Notes under the pieces: model-generated | The model's input: the letters and a program-made list of their open reading frames with translations, nothing else | Database searches by the model: none | Told to the model about the DNA's origin: nothing | NCBI GenBank assembly: GCA_014075295.1 | Contig: CP046180.1 | Span: 698,458-762,457, forward strand | Source of the DNA: Candidatus Mycalebacterium zealandia | GTDB taxonomy: Bacteria; Desulfobacterota_D; UBA1144; Nemesobacterales; Mycalebacteriaceae | Reading direction: 5' to 3' | DNA: 64,000 bases | Shown: positions 22,326-31,927 of the stretch, one piece after another | How positions within the stretch are numbered: position 1 is the first letter of the stretch | How the letters are laid out: every line of letters begins with the position of its first letter | Program-made: the position numbers and the translations under genes

Positions 22326-24998
22326 TCAAATCATTTGCTTAATTACCGTCTGAAGGATTCCGCCGTTGTTGTAGTATTCTACTTCAACGGGGCTGTCCAG
22401 ACGGCAAATCGCGGAAAAGTTTTTTTCTCCGCTCTCTCCACTTACTTTTACGGTAAATTCCTGTCCGGGTGTGATTTCACCTGAAAGCCCTTGTATGGAA
22501 AAGGTTTCAAAGCCCGTCAGGGAAAGAGTTTGAGCATTTTCATCTTTTTTGAATTGCAGGGGAAGAACACCCATTCCGACCAGATTGCTGCGGTGGATTC
22601 TCTCAAAACTTTCCGCTATTACACATTTCACTCCCAGAAGAGCCGTTCCCTTTGCCGCCCAATCACGCGAACTGCCGGTTCCGTATTCTTTTCCGGCGAT
22701 GACTATGAGCGGAGTTTCCTCTTTCATATACTTGTTCGCCGCGTCGTAAATTGCCATCTGCTCCCCGGATGGAATATGCACCGTGTATCCGCCCTCGGTT
22801 CCGGGAATCATGAGGTTTTTTATTCTGATGTTTGCGAAAGTTCCCCTCATCATGACTTCATGATTTCCGCGCCGCGCTCCGAAACTATTGAAGTATTTTT
22901 TCTCAACGCCTTTTGAAATCAGATATTTGCCCGCCGGTCCGTCCGGTTGAATTACACCTGCCGGCGAAATGTGATCCGTTGTTACCGAATCTCCCAGAAC
23001 CGCAAGAGCCCTCGCCTCTTCTATGCTTTGCGGACGCGCCTGTGTCGAGCCTTTAAGGGAAAAGTTTTCAAAGAAAGGCGGATTTTGTATGTATGTGGAT
23101 TTTTCATCCCATTCGTAAATCGGTCTTTTTGGAGCGGTGAGGCTCGACCACATGTCGTCGCCTTCAAAAACGTGCGAATACTGCTGCTTAAACATTTCCG
23201 GACTGATGGCTTCGGAAAGGGTTTTGTTTATCTCATCCTGACCGGGCCATATGTCTTTGAGGTAGATTTCCGCGCCGTTTTCGTCTTTGCCAATCGGGGC
23301 GGACAGAATATCCGTATTCACGGTTCCGGCGAGAGCGAAAGCAACCACAAGCGGCGGGGATGCAAGATAGGAGAATTTTATAAGCGGGTGAATTCTGCCC
23401 TGAAAGTTTCTGTTGCCGCTCAAAACGGACGCGCAGGTCAGGTTTCCTTTCTTGACTCCTTCTTCAACTTCGTGCGGAAGCGGTCCGCTGTTGCCGATGC
23501 AGGTTGTGCATCCGTATCCGACAAGGTGAAACCCGAGCGCTTCAAGAGGTTCAAGTAATCCCGCCGAAGATAGGTAGTCCGTAACAACCCGTGAGCCGGG
23601 TGCGAGGCTTGTTTTTACATAAGGTTTTACCTGCAAACCCTTTTCAACCGCTTTTTTCGCAAGCAGACCCGCTGCCATCATAACGGACGGATTGGAAGTG
23701 TTTGTGCAACTTGTAATTGCCGCGATGAGAACCGAGCCATCTTCAATGTCGTGGCTTTCATTGTTGATTTCAATTCTTGTTTTGCCGGCACTTGAGCCGT
23801 CTGTTTTCTCGCTGATACTTTTCTCGTACGAGGCTTTTAAATTGCTAAGCGCCACTCTGTCCTGAGGTCTGTCGGGACCTGCAACCGAGGGCACGACAGT
23901 CTCAATGTCAAGTTCAAGAGTGTCGGTGTATTCGGGTTCTTCGCCGGTTTTCCTGAAAAGCGTTTGCGTGGTTGCGTATTTTTCAATCAACTCGGCGCGG
24001 TCTCCCCTGCCGGTTGAGTTTATATAGCGCAAGGTTTCAGCGTCCGTGGGGAAAAATCCCATGGTCGCGCCGTATTCGGGTGCCATGTTTGCTATTGTGG
24101 CTCTGTCCGCGAGGGACAGTTCCGACAGCCCGTCGCCGTAGAATTCAACAAATTTTCCGACAACCCCTTTTTGTCTGAGCATTTCCGTAACGGTGAGAAC
24201 AACGTCGGTCGCCGTGATGCCTTCAGAAGGTTGTCCGGTGATTTTGAAACCTATGACTTCGGGCATGAGCATATAAAGCGGTTGCCCGAGCATGCACGCT
24301 TCAGCTTCTATTCCGCCGACTCCCCAACCGAGCACGCTCAAACCGTTAATCATCGTTGTATGAGAATCTGTCCCGACCAGAGTGTCCGGATAGGCGAGTG
24401 TTTTTCCTTCCATTTCGCCCGAAGCGACAACATCCGCAAGACATTCAAGATTAACCTGATGCACTATTCCAGTTCCCGGCGGAACGACCCGGAAATTGTC
24501 AAAAGAGTTCTGTGCCCATTTCAAAAACTGGTATCGTTCGCCGTTTCTTTCGTATTCAATCTCAACATTTTTGGAAAATGAGTCCTTTCCGGCGAAGAAA
24601 TCAACCTGTATGGAGTGGTCTATTACCAAATCAACGGGCACGATTGGATTTATTCGCGAGTAGTCCGCGCCTTCAATTCCTCCGACCGCCGACCGCATTG
24701 ACGCCAAATCCGCCACGCACGGAACGCCCGTAAAATCCTGCAGAATTACCCTCGCGGGCTTGTAGGGAATTTCACACGCCGGCTTTCCGCCATTCCATTC
24801 CGCTATGGCGCGCACATGATCTTCGGTAACGGTTTTGCCGTCATAGTTTCTGAGCGCGTTTTCCAGAAGAATTTTTATGGAGAATGGAAGTTTGCCGATT
24901 TTTTTTCCGAAATTTTCCTCCAGTCTTCGCAGGGAATAAACAAGGAATTTTTTACCACCAACTTCAATCTCTTCAAGCGTTTTGAATTTGTCCTGTAT
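22326..24998 (-). CDS. acnA: aconitate hydratase A; start inferred at ATA (24996-24998) after GAGAGGT RBS, since no in-frame ATG/GTG/TTG exists upstream of the GTG at 24815
   Basis: 891 aa if ATA start; N-terminal LPFSIKILLENALRNYDG aligns to the AcnA/CitB N-terminus well upstream of the track ORF start; 4Fe-4S ligand region and swivel domain present. Confidence 0.85.
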   Translation of the reverse strand: MQDKFKTLEEIEVGGKKFLVYSLRRLEENFGKKIGKLPFSIKILLENALRNYDGKTVTEDHVRAIAEWNGGKPACEIPYKPARVILQDFTGVPCVADLASMRSAVGGIEGADYSRINPIVPVDLVIDHSIQVDFFAGKDSFSKNVEIEYERNGERYQFLKWAQNSFDNFRVVPPGTGIVHQVNLECLADVVASGEMEGKTLAYPDTLVGTDSHTTMINGLSVLGWGVGGIEAEACMLGQPLYMLMPEVIGFKITGQPSEGITATDVVLTVTEMLRQKGVVGKFVEFYGDGLSELSLADRATIANMAPEYGATMGFFPTDAETLRYINSTGRGDRAELIEKYATTQTLFRKTGEEPEYTDTLELDIETVVPSVAGPDRPQDRVALSNLKASYEKSISEKTDGSSAGKTRIEINNESHDIEDGSVLIAAITSCTNTSNPSVMMAAGLLAKKAVEKGLQVKPYVKTSLAPGSRVVTDYLSSAGLLEPLEALGFHLVGYGCTTCIGNSGPLPHEVEEGVKKGNLTCASVLSGNRNFQGRIHPLIKFSYLASPPLVVAFALAGTVNTDILSAPIGKDENGAEIYLKDIWPGQDEINKTLSEAISPEMFKQQYSHVFEGDDMWSSLTAPKRPIYEWDEKSTYIQNPPFFENFSLKGSTQARPQSIEEARALAVLGDSVTTDHISPAGVIQPDGPAGKYLISKGVEKKYFNSFGARRGNHEVMMRGTFANIRIKNLMIPGTEGGYTVHIPSGEQMAIYDAANKYMKEETPLIVIAGKEYGTGSSRDWAAKGTALLGVKCVIAESFERIHRSNLVGMGVLPLQFKKDENAQTLSLTGFETFSIQGLSGEITPGQEFTVKVSGESGEKNFSAICRLDSPVEVEYYNNGGILQTVIKQMI

Positions 24999-25022
24999 TT
25001 TTCTTACCTCTCAGAGAACCCG

Positions 25023-26255
25023 TCAGTCAAACTTTCCAAGCGCGATTACGGAGTTTGTGCCGCCAAAGCCGTATGAGTTTGAGAGTACGGTTTTCAGTTT
25101 TGCTTCCCGCGCCTCATTGGGCACGTAGTCAAGGTCGCACTCAGGGTCTTTGTTAAAAAGATTGATAGTCGGGGGAATTACTGAATTTTTAATTGCCAGA
25201 GCGCTCAAAGATGCTTCAACCGTTCCGCTCGCTCCAAGCATGTGCCCCGTCATTGATTTAGTGGAACTGATGGGAATACCATACGCTTTGTCGCCGAAAA
25301 CGCTTTTTATTGCGGCGGTTTCATTGGAGTCATTAAGTTTTGTTGATGTGCCGTGAGCGTTGATGTAGTCAATGTCCTGAGGATTGAGACCCGAATTGCG
25401 AAGTGCCATTTCCATGCATCTTACGGGCCCGTCAAGGGACGGAGCCGTGATGTGGTGCGCGTCTCCGCTCATTCCGGAGCCAAGCACTTCGGCGTATATT
25501 TCCGCGCCGCGCGCCTTTGCAAATTCAAGCTCTTCCAGAATCACGGTCCCGGCTCCTTCAGAGAGCACGAAGCCGTCTCTTTCAGCATCAAAGGGTCTTG
25601 ACGCCGTTGCAGGGTCGTCATTGCGGGTTGAAAGCGCTTTTATGACGTTAAAGCCCGCAACCGTAAGAGGAACAAGCGGCGCTTCGCTCCCACCTGCTAT
25701 CATGGCTTCCGCGTCTCCGTTTTTAATCAGCATCACTGACAGGGAAAGCGAGTGCCCGCTTGCCGCACACGCCGTTGTGGTGCTGCAGTTGGGACCTCGT
25801 GCGTTGAATTTTATGGACCCGTATCCCGCCGCCATGTTTGTTACCACATTCGGAATAAAAAACGGTGAAACCCTGCCGGGACCTTTTTCGTCAAGAGTCC
25901 TTACCATTTTGCAGTAGGTTATTGTTCCGCCGATTCCCGAAGCGATAATGATTCCAACTTTCGGGGCGATTTCATCCGTGATTTCAAGCCCCGCGTCTTC
26001 AAGCGCGAGTTTTGTGCCAGCTATTGAGTACTGAATAAACGGATCGTCTCTGCGGGCTTCACGGTTGCTCATGAAATTTTCAGGGCTGAATTCTTTGAGT
26101 TCGCCCGCTATTTGTGTTTTCTGGTCTGAGGCATCAAAGCGCGTTATCGCTCCCACGCCGCTTTTTCCGGCGCATATGCCCTCCCAGGTTTCTTTGTGCC
26201 CAATGCCGAGCGGAGTTATAAGCCCTATGCCTGTGATGACGACCCTACGCGCCAT
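25023..26255 (-). CDS. fabF: 3-oxoacyl-ACP synthase II
   Basis: 410 aa; thiolase-fold KAS with active-site Cys (TTACAASGHS) and two His. Confidence 0.9.
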   Translation of the reverse strand: MARRVVITGIGLITPLGIGHKETWEGICAGKSGVGAITRFDASDQKTQIAGELKEFSPENFMSNREARRDDPFIQYSIAGTKLALEDAGLEITDEIAPKVGIIIASGIGGTITYCKMVRTLDEKGPGRVSPFFIPNVVTNMAAGYGSIKFNARGPNCSTTTACAASGHSLSLSVMLIKNGDAEAMIAGGSEAPLVPLTVAGFNVIKALSTRNDDPATASRPFDAERDGFVLSEGAGTVILEELEFAKARGAEIYAEVLGSGMSGDAHHITAPSLDGPVRCMEMALRNSGLNPQDIDYINAHGTSTKLNDSNETAAIKSVFGDKAYGIPISSTKSMTGHMLGASGTVEASLSALAIKNSVIPPTINLFNKDPECDLDYVPNEAREAKLKTVLSNSYGFGGTNSVIALGKFD

Positions 26256-26505
26256 CGCCCTGTTTTTCCTTTATGAAACCAACTGCGTCCTGAACGGTGA
26301 TAATCTTCTCAACGTCTTCGTCCAGAATTTCAATTCCGAACTCGTCCTCTATCGTCATAACGAGTTCAACCAAGTCAAGGGAATCCGCTCCCAAGTCGTC
26401 AATGAATGATTGTTCCAGTTCAATCTCGTCAGCGGATTTGCCGAATTGCTGGGCTATCATACCCTTAATTTTCCCTACCATTTCAGTTTCTTTATCTTGA
26501 GACAT
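26245..26505 (-). CDS. acpP: acyl carrier protein
   Basis: DLGADSLDLVELVM phosphopantetheine site; AAGGAGG RBS 8 nt upstream of ATG at 26505. Confidence 0.9.
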   Translation of the reverse strand: MSQDKETEMVGKIKGMIAQQFGKSADEIELEQSFIDDLGADSLDLVELVMTIEDEFGIEILDEDVEKIITVQDAVGFIKEKQGDGA

Positions 26506-26553
26506 TTAATGTCCTCCTTAGTTTATTTTTTGTCTTTATATCTTTTTTCAAGA

Positions 26554-27306
26554 CTAAATGTAAAGACCACCGTTAATTTTTATAACTTCACCAGTGATGT
26601 AAGACGCCCTTTCGGACGCCAGAAAAGCCACCACGCCGGATATGTCTTCGGCTTTTCCGTATCTTCCCAGCGGGATGGATTCAAGGTATACGCGTTTCAT
26701 TTCTTCGGGGATTGGAGCCGTTATGTCAGTCTCCACAAATCCGGGGCTGATAGCATTGACTGTTACGTTGCGCGAAGCAAACTCTTTTGCCGCCGATTTT
26801 GTAAACCCTATTATTCCCGCTTTCGCCGAAGAGTAATTTATCTGTCCGGGGTTTCCCATTTCGCCGACTACGGACGTTATGTTGATTATCCTTCCGTATC
26901 TGTCGTTAAGCATCCTTCTCACCACGGCTTTTGTGCAGTTAAAAACCCCTTTGAGATTTGTGCTTTGAACATCATCCCAGTCCTGTTCGCTCATTCTGAC
27001 AAAAAGTTTGTCCTTTGTGATTCCCGCATTATTAACGAGTATTTGAATGCCGCTTTTTTTCACAATCGGCTCAAGGGATTTGTCGACCGCTTTGTAATTG
27101 GCGACATCAAAGCCCATTATTTCGCCGCTGCCTCCGTCTTTTTCTATAAGGTCAAGCGTTTTCTTTGCCGCATCGGTGTTTGAAACATAGTTCACTATCA
27201 CATGGCAACCGCCGCGCGCAAGTTCTATTGCCGTCTGCCTTCCTATTCCCCTTGATGCGCCGGTGACGAGGGCGGTTTTGCCTCTAAATTCCGTTTCCGA
27301 AAACAT
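26554..27306 (-). CDS. fabG: 3-oxoacyl-ACP reductase
   Basis: 250 aa SDR; TGASRGIGR NADPH motif; catalytic YSSAK. Confidence 0.9.
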   Translation of the reverse strand: MFSETEFRGKTALVTGASRGIGRQTAIELARGGCHVIVNYVSNTDAAKKTLDLIEKDGGSGEIMGFDVANYKAVDKSLEPIVKKSGIQILVNNAGITKDKLFVRMSEQDWDDVQSTNLKGVFNCTKAVVRRMLNDRYGRIINITSVVGEMGNPGQINYSSAKAGIIGFTKSAAKEFASRNVTVNAISPGFVETDITAPIPEEMKRVYLESIPLGRYGKAEDISGVVAFLASERASYITGEVIKINGGLYI

Positions 27307-27310
27307 TTTG

Positions 27311-28231
27311 CTAAATCTTATGCAACTGCTCCGTCATTTCAAGATTTGAAGTTTCCAAGTTTTTTACGGTTCTTTTTATAAGTCCGCAAAGAGCTTTGCC
27401 GGGACCTATCTCAATAAACTTGTTCGCATTCCGCTCTTTCATATATTCAACTGATTCAGACCACCTGACCGGATTTGTTATCTGCAGAAGCAAAATCTCT
27501 TTGACTCTTTCGGGGTCAGTGTTGGGGGCCGCTTCAAGGTTTGTTATGACTGGCACGTGCGCCTCTGAAATTTTGACGCTTTCAAGCGTCTGCACAAGTT
27601 TCTCCGCGGCGGGGCTCATAAGCGGGCAATGAAAAGGCGCGCTCACCTTCAGAGGTATTGCTCTTTTCGCGCCACGCTCAATAGATATCTTTGAAGCTTT
27701 TTCCACTTCGTCCGCGCGTCCCGATATGACGGTTTGTTCGGGAGAGTTGTAGTTTGCTGGCCACACATTTTTCGCGCCGCCACCGGAGCAGTTTTCGCAC
27801 ACCTGCTCAACCTCGTCTTTTTTCAAACCTATGATTGCCGCCATCGCTCCTTCGCCTGAGGGAACCGCCTCTTGCATAAACTCGCCTCTTTTTCTGACGA
27901 TTTTCACCGTATCCGCGAATTCAATGGCTCCGGCGGCTACGAGCGCGGAGTATTCCCCAAGGCTGTGCCCCGCGACAAAGTCCGGACGTATATCCGTTTC
28001 CTTTTCAAGCACCGCGAGAGTTGCCGCGCTTACGGTCAAAATTGCCGGCTGAGCGTTTGCCGTGAGACTCAAAATTTCTTCGTCTGAATTGAAGCACAGA
28101 GCCGCCATGTCTTCATTTATGGCTTCGCTCGCACTTTCAAACACGAATCGGGCTTCGGGAAAGTTGTCGTAAAAATCCTTTCCCATTCCAACATACTGTG
28201 AGCCCTGTCCTGGGAAAACAAATGCCGTCAT
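27311..28231 (-). CDS. fabD: malonyl CoA-ACP transacylase
   Basis: 306 aa; GHSLGEYSAL active-site serine motif. Confidence 0.9.
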   Translation of the reverse strand: MTAFVFPGQGSQYVGMGKDFYDNFPEARFVFESASEAINEDMAALCFNSDEEILSLTANAQPAILTVSAATLAVLEKETDIRPDFVAGHSLGEYSALVAAGAIEFADTVKIVRKRGEFMQEAVPSGEGAMAAIIGLKKDEVEQVCENCSGGGAKNVWPANYNSPEQTVISGRADEVEKASKISIERGAKRAIPLKVSAPFHCPLMSPAAEKLVQTLESVKISEAHVPVITNLEAAPNTDPERVKEILLLQITNPVRWSESVEYMKERNANKFIEIGPGKALCGLIKRTVKNLETSNLEMTEQLHKI

Positions 28232-28262
28232 TGCTATCTATATCTTATGAAACGGACGAGTT

Positions 28263-28457
28263 TTACTGCTCTGTTTCTTCATCCTCTGATTTCATGAAAG
28301 TTCTGCCTTTGTAGTAGCCGCAGTGTGGACAAGCCCTGTGGGGAGGCATTTTCTCATTGCATTGAGGGCACATTGAACTCGCGGGAGTTTGTGCTTTGTA
28401 ATGAGTCCTTCTTTTTCTTGATTTGGAAGTTGATGTTTTTCTTTTTGGAACCGCCAT
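28263..28457 (-). CDS. rpmF: 50S ribosomal protein L32
   Basis: 64 aa; MAVPKRKTS..., CPQC...CPHCG zinc ribbon. Confidence 0.9.
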   Translation of the reverse strand: MAVPKRKTSTSKSRKRRTHYKAQTPASSMCPQCNEKMPPHRACPHCGYYKGRTFMKSEDEETEQ

Positions 28458-28489
28458 GACAGTTTTCTCCTTTTTTCGTCAAATACACT

Positions 28490-28966
28490 TTAAGACAGTC
28501 TAATCTCTTTAAGCGCTTTAAGGCGCGGGACAACTTCCCGCCTTTCACACTTGCAGGAATTTTCATTCAAGTCCGCTCCGCAGGATATGCAAAGTCCTTT
28601 GCAGTTTTTCGCGCAGACGGTTTTTTCGGGTATCGCCATGGCGACTTGCTCGCGCATGTCGTCTGAGATGTCTATTTTGCTCTCGTTCGGGGGCAACGGC
28701 ACAAAAGAGCTTATCTCGTGGCTGACGCTGTTCTTCTCGGGCTTGAGGCAACGGGAACACGGTGAAAGCAGTTCAAAACTCAAAGTTCCCGAAATGAAAA
28801 TCTCGCCACCCATTTTTTCAATGCCCGTTTTGAACAGAATCGGGGAAAGCAACCTGAAATCCTCTCTGTTTTCGGAGAGTTCCGATATATTCGTTAGCCA
28901 TGCGGCGTTTCTTGAAACTTCAAAAAACAGCCGGTCGTTTTCTATTTCTCCTTTTTCAAAAAGCAT
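28490..28966 (-). CDS. yceD: YceD/DUF177 family protein (23S rRNA accumulation protein)
   Basis: 158 aa; CxxC...CxxC cysteine pairs; conserved position upstream of rpmF. Confidence 0.75.
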   Translation of the reverse strand: MLFEKGEIENDRLFFEVSRNAAWLTNISELSENREDFRLLSPILFKTGIEKMGGEIFISGTLSFELLSPCSRCLKPEKNSVSHEISSFVPLPPNESKIDISDDMREQVAMAIPEKTVCAKNCKGLCISCGADLNENSCKCERREVVPRLKALKEIRLS

Positions 28967-28992
28967 GGATTTTCTCTCAAAGTGTCTTTCCG

Positions 28993-29760
28993 TCAGGTGT
29001 TCGTTTCATTCTTTGTTTTTTCAAGAAAAGGTTTCAGAATATCAATCGGCAGAGGCAGTATTATAGTTGAGTTTCTCTCGGACGGAAGGTCTGAGAGCGC
29101 CTGAAGAAAGCGCAGTTGGAGCGAAGCGGGATTTCTTGAAAGTATGTCGGACGCTTCGCTGATTTTTTGAGACGCTTGAAACTCGCCTTCGGCGCTTATG
29201 ATGCGCGCCCTTCTCTCTCTTTCAGCTTCCGCCTGTTTCGCCATAGCTCTCTGCATTTCCTGCGGCAGGTCAACATGCTTCACTTCAACAAGCGTAACCT
29301 TGATTCCCCACTCGTCGGTCTGAGCATCAAGAACTTCCTGCAGTTTAGTGTTCAACTCTTCCCTTTCGGTCAGAAGTCCGTCCAGTTCAACCTGTCCCAA
29401 CACGCTTCTGAGCGTTGTTTGCGCAAGTTGAGAGGTCGCGTAATAGTAGTTTTCCACTTTGATAATTGTGTTTATCGGATCAACAACCCTGAAATACAAA
29501 ACGGCATTGACCTTGACTGAAACATTGTCTTTTGTAATTACATCCTGCGGCGGAACGTCCATTGCGATTACGCGCAAACTGACCCTCGTCATTTTATCAA
29601 CGAACGGGATTATCCAGACAAAGCCCGGCCCTTTGACGCCGATAACGCGCCCAAGACGCAGAACCACGCCTCTTTCGTATTCTTTAAGAATCTTTGCTCC
29701 CGACAGCAGGAGCAGGACCCCTATTATGACCAGGGTTGTTATTGAAGGAGTTGGAATCAT
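28993..29760 (-). CDS. SPFH/band-7 (stomatin-like) membrane protein
   Basis: 255 aa; N-terminal TM, SPFH core, C-terminal coiled coil (AEAERERRA); downstream of NfeD. Confidence 0.8.
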   Translation of the reverse strand: MIPTPSITTLVIIGVLLLLSGAKILKEYERGVVLRLGRVIGVKGPGFVWIIPFVDKMTRVSLRVIAMDVPPQDVITKDNVSVKVNAVLYFRVVDPINTIIKVENYYYATSQLAQTTLRSVLGQVELDGLLTEREELNTKLQEVLDAQTDEWGIKVTLVEVKHVDLPQEMQRAMAKQAEAERERRARIISAEGEFQASQKISEASDILSRNPASLQLRFLQALSDLPSERNSTIILPLPIDILKPFLEKTKNETNT

Positions 29761-29770
29761 TTTTTAACTC

Positions 29771-31090
29771 TTAAGAATTTCCAGAATCAGAGCGTTTTAC
29801 TTTAACTTTCAAGCCTTTTGTTTTTTTCTCAACAATAATCCGCTCTCCTTTTGAAAGCGGCGTGTTGCTTTCGGCTTTCCAGTATTCTCCGCCGATAAAA
29901 ACTATACCTCCTCCGCCGTTCCAGTCAACAACCTTGCCTTCCATTCCGGCAACCTGTCCCTCTCCGCCGGCAACCGATGTTTTCTGTGAGCGCGCCACAG
30001 AGATAGCGACCGCTCCGAATATAAGAACAAAAGCCGTGCCAACAGTCGCGAGCGTTTTTTCATTCACGCCTCCCGTTTGCGCCGGATCAAAAAGCAATGT
30101 CCCTCCCGCAATAAGGGAGACCAGTCCCGCAAGCGCGAGAAGTCCGTAACTTGTCATGAAAACCTCGGCTATCATAAGCCCCGTTCCCACCATGATAAGT
30201 CCAAGCCCGGCGTAGTTGAACGGAAGCACCTGCAATGCGGCGAAAGCGAGCATAAGGGAGATGGCTCCGACAACGCCCGGAAAAATACTTCCGGGATTGT
30301 ATATCTCCATCAAAATTCCTATTGAGCCCAGAGACAGAAGAAGATACGCGATGTCCGGAGAGCCGAGAATGTTTCCCATTTTCTGGCGCGCCGTCATTTT
30401 GTGCGTGAGGATTTTTGCTCCCGCCGTCGCAAGTTTCATGGTTTTTCCGCCCGCTTTAACTTCCATCCCGTCAATTTTGTTCAGCAACGTGTCCATGTCC
30501 GGCGCGGTGAGGTCGGAGATGTTGTTTTTCACCGCGTATTCCCAGGTGACGGACGAACTTTCCGTAACAGCCTTGACCGCCCATTTTCTGTTGCGTTTTC
30601 TCTGGCGCGCGATGCTGTCAATATATGACGAGGCGAAGTTTGTGATTTTCTCGCCGGTTTTCCCCTCTTCCGCCTTGCCCTGCATCGTAACCGGATGCGC
30701 CGCTCCCACGCTGGTTCCCGGAGCCATTGCGGCTATGTGAGCCGCGAGAAATATAAAAGTGCCTGCGGAGGTTGCAGTCGCGCCGGAAGGGGAAATGTAG
30801 GCAACGACCGGCACGGGCGAGTTGAGAATGTCCTGCACTATTTCTTTTGTTGAATTGAGCAAACCGCCGGGCGTGTCAATAATCACAATCACCGCTTCGG
30901 CTTTTTCCCTGCCTCCCCGTTCTATTGCGGTTTTGATGAAATCCGCCGAGAAGGGATTGACCGTCCCTTTAAGCGGCGCGACTATCACTTGCTCCGGGCG
31001 GGATTCAGTCTCCCCGCCCGCTCCAGCCGGAATAAAAGCCGCGCACGCCAGAAACGCGCATATTAATGCGGTTTGTGCCTTGCCACTCAT
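29771..31090 (-). CDS. NfeD-family membrane-bound serine protease (ClpP-like) with C-terminal OB domain
   Basis: 439 aa; signal peptide, ClpP-class protease domain (IDTPGG), multi-TM segment, C-terminal beta-rich domain; classic NfeD-SPFH operon. Confidence 0.8.
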   Translation of the reverse strand: MSGKAQTALICAFLACAAFIPAGAGGETESRPEQVIVAPLKGTVNPFSADFIKTAIERGGREKAEAVIVIIDTPGGLLNSTKEIVQDILNSPVPVVAYISPSGATATSAGTFIFLAAHIAAMAPGTSVGAAHPVTMQGKAEEGKTGEKITNFASSYIDSIARQRKRNRKWAVKAVTESSSVTWEYAVKNNISDLTAPDMDTLLNKIDGMEVKAGGKTMKLATAGAKILTHKMTARQKMGNILGSPDIAYLLLSLGSIGILMEIYNPGSIFPGVVGAISLMLAFAALQVLPFNYAGLGLIMVGTGLMIAEVFMTSYGLLALAGLVSLIAGGTLLFDPAQTGGVNEKTLATVGTAFVLIFGAVAISVARSQKTSVAGGEGQVAGMEGKVVDWNGGGGIVFIGGEYWKAESNTPLSKGERIIVEKKTKGLKVKVKRSDSGNS

Positions 31091-31120
31091 TGTTTGAAAA
31101 ACTATAATAACCGCTCAACT

Positions 31121-31789
31121 ATGAACAACAACGACACCCCTTCGAACTCTCCTCCGCCGATGGAAGACGGCAGACTTTCAAGCGTAGCCGGCGTTCTGGA
31201 AAAAATCTCCGACCGTGTTCCATCAATGAGTCGGCTGTCCATCTCCGCAGTTGTGCTTGTCGCGCTTACGGCTTTGCTTCTTTATGTATTTATGGTTGAT
31301 TCACGCGAAAAAGAGATGCTGAAGGCAAACGTCAGAATGGACGCTGCGGTTGCCGCTTATGAGAATGGTGAGGTCGATTCTTCTCTGGAAATTTTCAGGG
31401 AAGTCAGAGACAATTTTCCGAATTTTGAGATAGCGAAACTGGCTCTGTATTACGAGGGAGCCATACTGTTCGGAATGGAAAAAGATGAAAAGTCGCGCGA
31501 GCGTATGGACAGTTTTCTCGGGGGCTCGCCCGACCCCATTCTCAAAACCGAAGCTCTTTTTATGGCGGGCTTTTCCAGTTTCCGCCTTGAAGAATGGAAA
31601 AAAGCCATCGGTTATTTTGAAGAGTTGAGACCGCTCGGAACCCCGTCTCACGTGAGGCGCGTTCTGCCGCTTCTCGGAACCGCTTACACAAAAGCCGGAA
31701 ACAGGGAAAGAGCCGAAGAGATTTACAGAATTTTTGTAACCGCTTTTCCCGTTCCCGAAAAGACGGACGGCGCGGAAGAAAAGCCGTAG
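31121..31789 (+). CDS. membrane-anchored TPR-like protein (YfgM-like architecture), hypothetical
   Basis: ATG at 31121 (track start 31073 is TTG); one TM helix (ISAVVLVALTALLLYVFMV) then helical TPR-like region. Confidence 0.5.
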   Translation: MNNNDTPSNSPPPMEDGRLSSVAGVLEKISDRVPSMSRLSISAVVLVALTALLLYVFMVDSREKEMLKANVRMDAAVAAYENGEVDSSLEIFREVRDNFPNFEIAKLALYYEGAILFGMEKDEKSRERMDSFLGGSPDPILKTEALFMAGFSSFRLEEWKKAIGYFEELRPLGTPSHVRRVLPLLGTAYTKAGNRERAEEIYRIFVTAFPVPEKTDGAEEKP

Positions 31790-31813
31790 TAAAAAGTTTT
31801 TAAGAGATTTGTA

Positions 31814-31896
31814 TGCCGAAGGGGGGACTCGAACCCCCACGCCACAAGGGCACTACCCCCTCAAGATAGCGCGTCTGCCAATTCCGCCACTTCGGC
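31814..31896 (-). tRNA. tRNA-Leu (anticodon GAG), class II with long variable arm
   Basis: Hand-folded: acceptor GCCGAAG/CTTCGGC, T-arm GGGGG-TTCGAGT-CCCCC, anticodon loop TTGAGGG, 14-nt variable arm; CCA not encoded. Confidence 0.8.
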
Positions 31897-31927
31897 TTTT
31901 GAGGAAACAGATTGTATCACAAACGGA

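Noticed and set aside
31073-31120. Track start (TTG 31073) for the membrane TPR-like gene
   Set aside because: It overlaps the NfeD gene start region on the opposite strand. ATG at 31121 with upstream TATAAT-like element is more plausible.
31814-31896. tRNA-Leu (and tRNA-fMet at 52267-52343) as integration sites of a mobile element or genomic island
   Set aside because: No integrase, recombinase, transposase, direct repeats of the tRNA 3' end or phage genes are present nearby. Flanking genes are housekeeping.
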